Assembly (NCBI GenBank): GCA_009692765.1
Contig: SHYQ01000004.1
Span: forward strand, 1 to 47,042
Direction: 5' to 3'
Length of the DNA stretch: 47,042 nucleotides
DNA from: Dehalococcoidia bacterium
Lineage (GTDB): Bacteria > Chloroflexota > Dehalococcoidia > UBA2979
The notes under the pieces are model-generated. The model did no database searches, had not been told where the DNA came from, and worked only from the letters and a program-made list of their open reading frames with translations. Position numbers and translations under genes: made by a program. Positions 41,476-47,042 of the stretch are shown one piece after another (position 1 is the first letter of the stretch; each line of letters starts with the position of its first letter).

Positions 41476-42051
41476 TCAGCCGAGGCAGACCACGCCGGTT
41501 TCGGGCGTGAACGAAAACTCGACGCCCGGGTTCTTCTTCCCCTCGGTCTCCCCGATGCGGACGATCCGCGCTTCGACACGCCGGTCGGGGCCGATATCGA
41601 TCAACCCGACCGTGCCCAGGCGCGTCGACCGGTGGTGCGACAGCGTCGGGCTGCCCGGGTTCATCTGGAGCACACCGCTGCGGTAGTCCAGACGCTCGAT
41701 GTGCGAGTCGCCCGAGACCATGATATCGAGGGCCTCGTCCTTGTAGTACATCCGCCGCAGTACATCGATCGGGCGGTCCTCTGGCTCGATCGCGTGCGTG
41801 ATCCCGATGCGCAACCCCTCGACATCGACGAACTGAACCGCCTTCATGCGCCGATCGTTCCAGCCGACGTCGTGGTTGCCGCGCGCGGCGATCACGGGCG
41901 CGATCTCCTGAAGCGCATCGAGAATCCCTGGCGCGTGGATATCCCCGCCATGCAGGATGAGGTCGACTCCCTTGAAAGCCGCATGGAGCTCGTCCCAGAT
42001 CGTCTGTCGGTCATTCGGTTGATGCGTATCCGACAGAACTCCAATGAGCAT
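41476..42051 (-). CDS. YfcE-type metallophosphoesterase
   Basis: SDTH, HGGDI, GNHD, TH, GDSH (in place of GHxH), NPGSP. Confidence 0.9.
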   Translation of the reverse strand: MLIGVLSDTHQPNDRQTIWDELHAAFKGVDLILHGGDIHAPGILDALQEIAPVIAARGNHDVGWNDRRMKAVQFVDVEGLRIGITHAIEPEDRPIDVLRRMYYKDEALDIMVSGDSHIERLDYRSGVLQMNPGSPTLSHHRSTRLGTVGLIDIGPDRRVEARIVRIGETEGKKNPGVEFSFTPETGVVCLG

Positions 42052-42476
42052 TGGCTGGCCTTCCGTTTCTACTGTGCATGCATACGGCGCGGGCCGTCTC
42101 GCGGGCGCCCGCTCGTCGTGTAGCGGCGCGCGACCCGAGTGTAGTATCGCTCACGACCGCAGGCAGGGCGAGAGCGCCGCTGCCTTCCGCCGGGCCGCGC
42201 CACGACAGGCCCTGCACCGGCAGGGCAGTCGCTGGAAGGAGGATGCGTGAACCGCATCGGTTTTGGAACTCACTACGCTGCGGGTGGCAGCCCCCAGGGC
42301 GGGTTCACCTCGTCCCACCGTTCGCGCCCGCCTCGTCGTTGGCAGCGCGGTGAGCAGCCGTTGCACCTGACCCTCGAAGGCGCGTCTGCCTCCGCTCGGC
42401 GGGCAGGGCGCGGTACCGGGGGACTTGCCGCACGCTGGTACAGTCACGCCGTCTCCAACAAGAGGGGGATTGTCAC

Positions 42477-43631
42477 ATGGATGCTCTAGTACTCGGCGGC
42501 ACCGGTCCTACCGGTCCATTGATCGTGAACGGCCTGCTGGAGCGGGGCTATAACGTCACCATCATGCATGGGGGCTTCCACCACGTGATGTTCGCCGGGC
42601 CGGTGGAAGATCTGCACGGCGACGTCCACTTCAAGGAGACCCTGGAGGAGACGCTCGGCAACCGCACTTGGGATCTCATGATCGCCATGTACGGTCGGCT
42701 GAGGCTGACCGCGGACGCAGCCGTCGGCAGGACCGACCGCTTCATCGGTGTCGGAGGTGGGGGCGGCAAGGCGCCGGCCAACGACGCGAGCTGGGGCCCG
42801 CTCGGACGTCAGTTCGCGCCGCCCGCCGACGAGCGACTCTACTTCGGTGCTTCCGGCGGTTTCGGGGATGGCATTGCCCGCGCCACCCAGCACGTCCTCG
42901 ATCATCACAACGCCGGTCACTACAGCGCCTCATACATCGGCTACGCGCCGGGGTACGGACCGCGGCAGCCGGGACCGGAGGACTGGAGCGTCGTGCGGCG
43001 CATCCTGGACGGCCGGAAGCAGTTCATCATTGCGGACGGCGGCATCAAACTCCACAACCGGATCTACGTCGAGAACGCCGCGCACGCCCTGCTGCTGGCG
43101 GTGGACAAGCCGAAGGAGGCCGACGGCAACTTCTTCTCCGTCGGTGAGCTCCCGCGCTACACGATGCGTCAGCGCATCGAGTTGATCGCGAAGACGATGG
43201 GAGCGGAGCTCGAACTCGTCGACATGCCCTATCCGCTCGCCTCGCTCGCGCCGGCCTGCAACTACTTCTGGCAGAGCGGGCCCGGACATGCGGCGCGCGA
43301 CGACTCGAAGATCCGCGAAGTGCTCGGCTTCAAGGAGATCGTGGACCCGGCTGAGGCCCAGATCCGCACGACGAACTGGCTCCTGGAGAACAAGAAGGAG
43401 TTTCGCGAAGAGTGGGAAATGCAGATGGCCGACACGTGGGACTACGCGGGGGAGGATGAACTCATCCGGCGCTGGAAGAAAGCGTACGAGGACGTAGCGA
43501 GCGTCAAGATCGAGCCGCTGCTCCGCGTACACCGCTACCGCCACCCAAAGGCGCCGAACGAGCCCTGGCAGCGGCCGGAACCCGAGGCCGTAGAACGCTT
43601 CGCGGGCCGTCGGGAGATCGACTACTACTAA
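42477..43631 (+). CDS. NAD-dependent epimerase/dehydratase-like (atypical SDR)
   Basis: LVLGGTGPTG, GYGP, YVENAAHALLLA; SD and a TACAGT -10 box upstream. Confidence 0.8.
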   Translation: MDALVLGGTGPTGPLIVNGLLERGYNVTIMHGGFHHVMFAGPVEDLHGDVHFKETLEETLGNRTWDLMIAMYGRLRLTADAAVGRTDRFIGVGGGGGKAPANDASWGPLGRQFAPPADERLYFGASGGFGDGIARATQHVLDHHNAGHYSASYIGYAPGYGPRQPGPEDWSVVRRILDGRKQFIIADGGIKLHNRIYVENAAHALLLAVDKPKEADGNFFSVGELPRYTMRQRIELIAKTMGAELELVDMPYPLASLAPACNYFWQSGPGHAARDDSKIREVLGFKEIVDPAEAQIRTTNWLLENKKEFREEWEMQMADTWDYAGEDELIRRWKKAYEDVASVKIEPLLRVHRYRHPKAPNEPWQRPEPEAVERFAGRREIDYY

Positions 43632-43674
43632 TCGTACTGATCGCGAGCCTCGACACGCGCCGAGGTTCAGGACG

Positions 43675-43714
43675 CACCCTCACGAGCACAGGCCGTCCCT
43701 GTCTCGTGAGGGTG
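43675..43714 (+). terminator. Long hairpin after the SDR gene
   Basis: CACCCTCACGAG-C-ACAGG...CCTGT-CTCGTGAGGGTG followed by TTGT. Confidence 0.5.
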
Positions 43715-43821
43715 TTGTCAGTGCGGCCTCGGAGCGTCCAACGCTCGAACCTCATGCGCCGCAGGCTGGTCGTGCGCACGATCCCCCGGCCGGGGCCATG
43801 GGGAGACTCAGCACCGACGGA

Positions 43822-43849
43822 TTGACTTGCGGACAGGCCTCTCTATTCT
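43822..43849 (+). promoter_or_regulatory. Sigma-70-type promoter
   Basis: TTGACT-16 bp-TATTCT, 50 nt upstream of ATG 43900. Confidence 0.6.
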
Positions 43850-43899
43850 GACGCGGGACTCGGTCCGGGTGGGCTGGCCCGGAGTCGAAGAGTGCCGTC

Positions 43900-44817
43900 A
43901 TGTACCTCAACCAGTTCGCGTCCGACCTCAAGCCCCTCGACCTCACGCAGGGTGAGGAGTTCGAGAACCTCCTCGCCAGCGCGCGAGACCTCGGCATCGG
44001 GGCCGACCCGCGCGTCACGTGCGTCTCGCGGCATCGGGTCGTTAACGGGGTGCGCTTGCACTTCCTCGAGTGGGGCGACCCGGCGGCTCCGCCGATCCTG
44101 CTCGTCCACGGCGGCGGCCAGACGGCTCACTCATGGGATCTCGTCAGCCTCGCCCTGGCCTCGCGTTTCCACGTCGTCGCGATGGACATGCGCGGGCATG
44201 GCGACAGCGAATGGCCCCGCGACGGGGAGATGGCGACGCGCGCGATCGGCGAGGACATCGCGGCGCTGGCCGCCGACCTGGAGCTCGACCGCCCGGTGAT
44301 CGCCGGTCACTCGCTCGGCGGCCTCGGGACGATGTTCGCGCTGGTCGCCGATCCGCAGCTCGCCCGGCGCGCCGCATTCGTCGACACCTCGCCGCAGATG
44401 GAACCGAACGAGCAAGAGCGCCCACGCGTGGCGCGCGAAGAGGTCACCTTCGACTCGGTCGATGACTTCGTCGACGAGGTGGTGAAGCGCGAAACCGGCC
44501 GATCGCGGGAGCACGTCCGGCGCACCGCTCGTTACAACATTATGCAGCGCACGGACGGCAAGTGGGTGCAGAAGCCGTTCCGCAGTCGGACGCAAGCGCC
44601 GGTGCGCGCGCCGCTCGCGCAGGTGCGCCAGCTCGAGTTGCCGGTGCTGCTGCTCCACGGCGCGGAGAGCACGAACCTCTCGGCCGACCGTGCGGAGCGC
44701 TTCGCTGCCGCCATGCCCGACTGCCAGATCGTGCACGTGCCGGACTGCGGCCACAACGTGCACTCGCAGAACACGCCGGGATTCCTCGCCGCGTTCGTAC
44801 CCTTCGTGACCGCCTAG
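43900..44817 (+). CDS. Alpha/beta hydrolase
   Basis: LVHGG, DMRGHGDS, GHSLGG nucleophile elbow, GHNVH. Confidence 0.92.
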   Translation: MYLNQFASDLKPLDLTQGEEFENLLASARDLGIGADPRVTCVSRHRVVNGVRLHFLEWGDPAAPPILLVHGGGQTAHSWDLVSLALASRFHVVAMDMRGHGDSEWPRDGEMATRAIGEDIAALAADLELDRPVIAGHSLGGLGTMFALVADPQLARRAAFVDTSPQMEPNEQERPRVAREEVTFDSVDDFVDEVVKRETGRSREHVRRTARYNIMQRTDGKWVQKPFRSRTQAPVRAPLAQVRQLELPVLLLHGAESTNLSADRAERFAAAMPDCQIVHVPDCGHNVHSQNTPGFLAAFVPFVTA

Positions 44818-44876
44818 AGACACCGCCAGCGGGCGGCCCCCCTCGAAGGCGGGGGCGACCGGGCCTACCGCTACGC

Positions 44877-44990
44877 GACCCCGGCCCGGGCGCCGGCCGC
44901 GACGGCGGCCGGATCGTCTTCGAGGGCACACTTCGCGACCGCGCCGCCGTACGCTCCACCCTCGCCGGCGAGCACCTCGCGGCCTGCGGT
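44877..44990 (+). pseudogene. C-terminal remnant of a UvrA-like (class II/DrrC-type) ATPase
   Basis: DPGPGAGRDGGRIVFEGT...RSTLAGEHLAA, matching the DLGPGAGxDGGRIVFEGTP...STLTGEHL ending. Confidence 0.7.
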
Positions 44991-45109
44991 ACTGATCCCC
45001 AGATACCGGAGTCCTATCCGAAGACGACAAGGGATCCACAGATGTGATATTCATGCGATATTGGTGAGAGCGCGGCCTCCAAAGCGTCGCGAACAAGGAG
45101 GGAACGGAC

Positions 45110-46804
45110 ATGACGGACACCAGCTATTGGACGCAGCTACGATCCCGTGCCGTCACTCGGCGCTCGGTGCTGCGCGGCACCATGGCCGGCGGCGTGGGGC
45201 TGGCGGGCGCGGCGCTGATCGGATGCGGCAGCGGCGGGGGCAAGCCCGCCGCGCCAGCGGGCGGCAGTTCCGCGGCAGTGGCGCAGAACACGGCTGAGAA
45301 GCCGGTCGTCAGCGACTCCGTCATCGCCATCCAGACGCGTGACGCGACGAGCCTCGACCCCGGGGCCTCGACCGTCTACACCATCGCCGAGCGGGTGGGG
45401 CTGGTCTACCCGCGGCTGTTCGCCTCGGTGCTGGAGAACAACACCGACCAGAACTCGAACAAGCTCGCGCTGTCCTACATCACTCAGGCGTGGGAGGCGG
45501 CGGGCGGGGGCACGCAGCTCACCTTCAAGATCAAGCAGGGCGTGAAGTACCACAACATCGCCCCGCTGAGCGGCCGCGAGTTCACGTCCGAGGACGTGAA
45601 GTTCGCCATCAACCGGTACGCCACGGACCCGAAGAGCCTGTTCAAGGCCTCCTTCAGCGACATCTCAGCAATCGAGACGCCGGACAAGTACACCGTGGTG
45701 ATGAAGCTGAAGGCGCCGTCGCGGTACATCCTTGCCGCCCTGGCTTCGGAGACGGCGCTGATTACGCCCCCGGAGACGGCGGACAAGTACAAGGAAGTGG
45801 CGATCGGCCCGGGCCCGTTCATCCACGAGGAGACTCGACAGGGTGAGAGCGGCACGTTCAAGAAGAACCCGGACTTCATCGACGCCGCGAAGATCTACTA
45901 CAACCGCTTCCTCTTCAAGGTGATCACGGACGCCGCTGTCCGCAACGCGGCCATGAAGTCCGGCCAGGCGGACTTCATCGTCGGCGGCGGCGGGCTCTCG
46001 GCGACGGACATGAAGACCGTCGAGGGCCCGACGATCAAGTCGTACGCGGCGATCGAGCAGAGCGGTTCGGTGGTCAGCTGGAACGGGAAGAACCCGAAGT
46101 GGAAGGACTACCGCACCCGGGTGGCCATGTCGAAGGCGTTCGACCGCCAGGCGCAGATCGACCAGACGCTGCAGAAGTCCGGAAAGTGGCAGGGCCCCGT
46201 GCCGGTCGACTTCGGCAGGTACGCCATGACGCAGGAGGAGGCCAAGGCGCACAACACCAACAAGTACGACCCGGCCGAGGCGAAGAAGCTGTGGGAAGCG
46301 GCCGGCAACCCGGTGGGCTTGCCCGTCGAGTACTACTTCAGCTCGAACGGCACGCTGGACGGCGTGCAGACGGAGCTGATCGCGAAGCAGTGGGAGACCA
46401 ACCTCGGCATCAAGATCACCCTCAAGACCGAGGACTACGCCGTCTTCCTGCCGAAGAAGAACACGGGCGGCTACCTAGACATGTCGACCAATGGGTACGG
46501 CCTGCCGAACTGGATGGACCACCTCTTCTTCGCGTACCTGCCGGGCGGCGCCCGTAACGGGTCGCTCTTCGATAACGCGGAGGTGACCGCGATGCTGAAT
46601 GACCTGAGGGGGACGCTGGACGACAAGCAGGCGGCGGAGAAGTCGCGCAAGATCCAGATGTTTATCCTGGATAAGCACCTGCCGATCGCCTACCGCCCCA
46701 ACGGGTATAGCTTCGGCATCTACAGTCCCAAGTTGCGCAACTTCTACCCGGGCAACCACCCGGTCGGCGTCGAGTGGATGCTCGGCTCCTGGAAGGTGAA
46801 GTAG
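45110..46804 (+). CDS. ABC transporter family-5 substrate-binding protein, Tat lipoprotein
   Basis: AGGAGG SD; YW...VTRRSVL...LIGC; ATSLDP, GPGPF, DYRTRVAMSKAFDR. Confidence 0.92.
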   Translation: MTDTSYWTQLRSRAVTRRSVLRGTMAGGVGLAGAALIGCGSGGGKPAAPAGGSSAAVAQNTAEKPVVSDSVIAIQTRDATSLDPGASTVYTIAERVGLVYPRLFASVLENNTDQNSNKLALSYITQAWEAAGGGTQLTFKIKQGVKYHNIAPLSGREFTSEDVKFAINRYATDPKSLFKASFSDISAIETPDKYTVVMKLKAPSRYILAALASETALITPPETADKYKEVAIGPGPFIHEETRQGESGTFKKNPDFIDAAKIYYNRFLFKVITDAAVRNAAMKSGQADFIVGGGGLSATDMKTVEGPTIKSYAAIEQSGSVVSWNGKNPKWKDYRTRVAMSKAFDRQAQIDQTLQKSGKWQGPVPVDFGRYAMTQEEAKAHNTNKYDPAEAKKLWEAAGNPVGLPVEYYFSSNGTLDGVQTELIAKQWETNLGIKITLKTEDYAVFLPKKNTGGYLDMSTNGYGLPNWMDHLFFAYLPGGARNGSLFDNAEVTAMLNDLRGTLDDKQAAEKSRKIQMFILDKHLPIAYRPNGYSFGIYSPKLRNFYPGNHPVGVEWMLGSWKVK

Positions 46805-47042
46805 CCGCTCGCGCCCGGTGACGGCCCGGTGAGGGATCGCCTTCGGCTCGCGGAGTAGCCGAGACTGCCGGGCAGGGATATCTTGCGGACGCTCCGGCCG
46901 TGTTGCGCGCAAGCGCAGACGGCCGGGGCGGATGCCGCCATGTTGATGCACACGACGGCGGCTGGCGTGATCACCACTCGCGCCGAGCACCACGCGGGCC
47001 GGGCAACATGACGACACCCGAGAGGGGACCCCGCGATGTTGA

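Noticed and set aside
42052-42476. Short ORFs in the divergent spacer
   Set aside because: No motifs, SD or codon bias; treated as a promoter region
261-46804. TAG recoding (pyrrolysine or readthrough)
   Set aside because: Recognisable proteins (FtsY, MutL, Tam, hydrolase) end at TAG where their families normally end, and no pyl genes are present; the one internal TAG is in a gene remnant

Overview
This is a very GC-rich bacterial chromosomal window, probably Chloroflexota/Dehalococcoidia-like. That placement is inferred from the DUF2298 + TIGR03663-type gene pair, the orphan Tat-lipoprotein family-5 binding proteins and a PxKTG-NAG tail. The left ~38 kb holds the 3' end of ftsY, a GT-C/flippase glycosylation cluster, an orphan NuoE/NuoF-like pair, a CHAP amidase, mutS and mutL split by an S8 protease, a copper operon and assorted enzymes. 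Nine intergenic regions carry one modular REP/REPIN-like repeat family built from two motifs: a cGCAg-triloop hairpin, and a hairpin plus mirror-repeat unit whose three strands co-vary as expected for an intramolecular triplex. The right ~9 kb has none of these repeats, looks less GC-rich and carries intact cargo genes mixed with remnants of a prepilin peptidase, a chemoreceptor-like gene, a type III restriction subunit and a UvrA-like gene. Two candidates for new biology stand out. (1) A His-motif, exported, PPP-terminated leader ORF whose last codons base-pair over the Shine-Dalgarno (SD) of the copper operon; this resembles CutF/CruR translational control but without cysteines. (2) The triplex/triloop repeat family. 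I found no rRNA, tRNA, CRISPR array or transposase. All family calls come from recognising motifs by eye, not from database searches.
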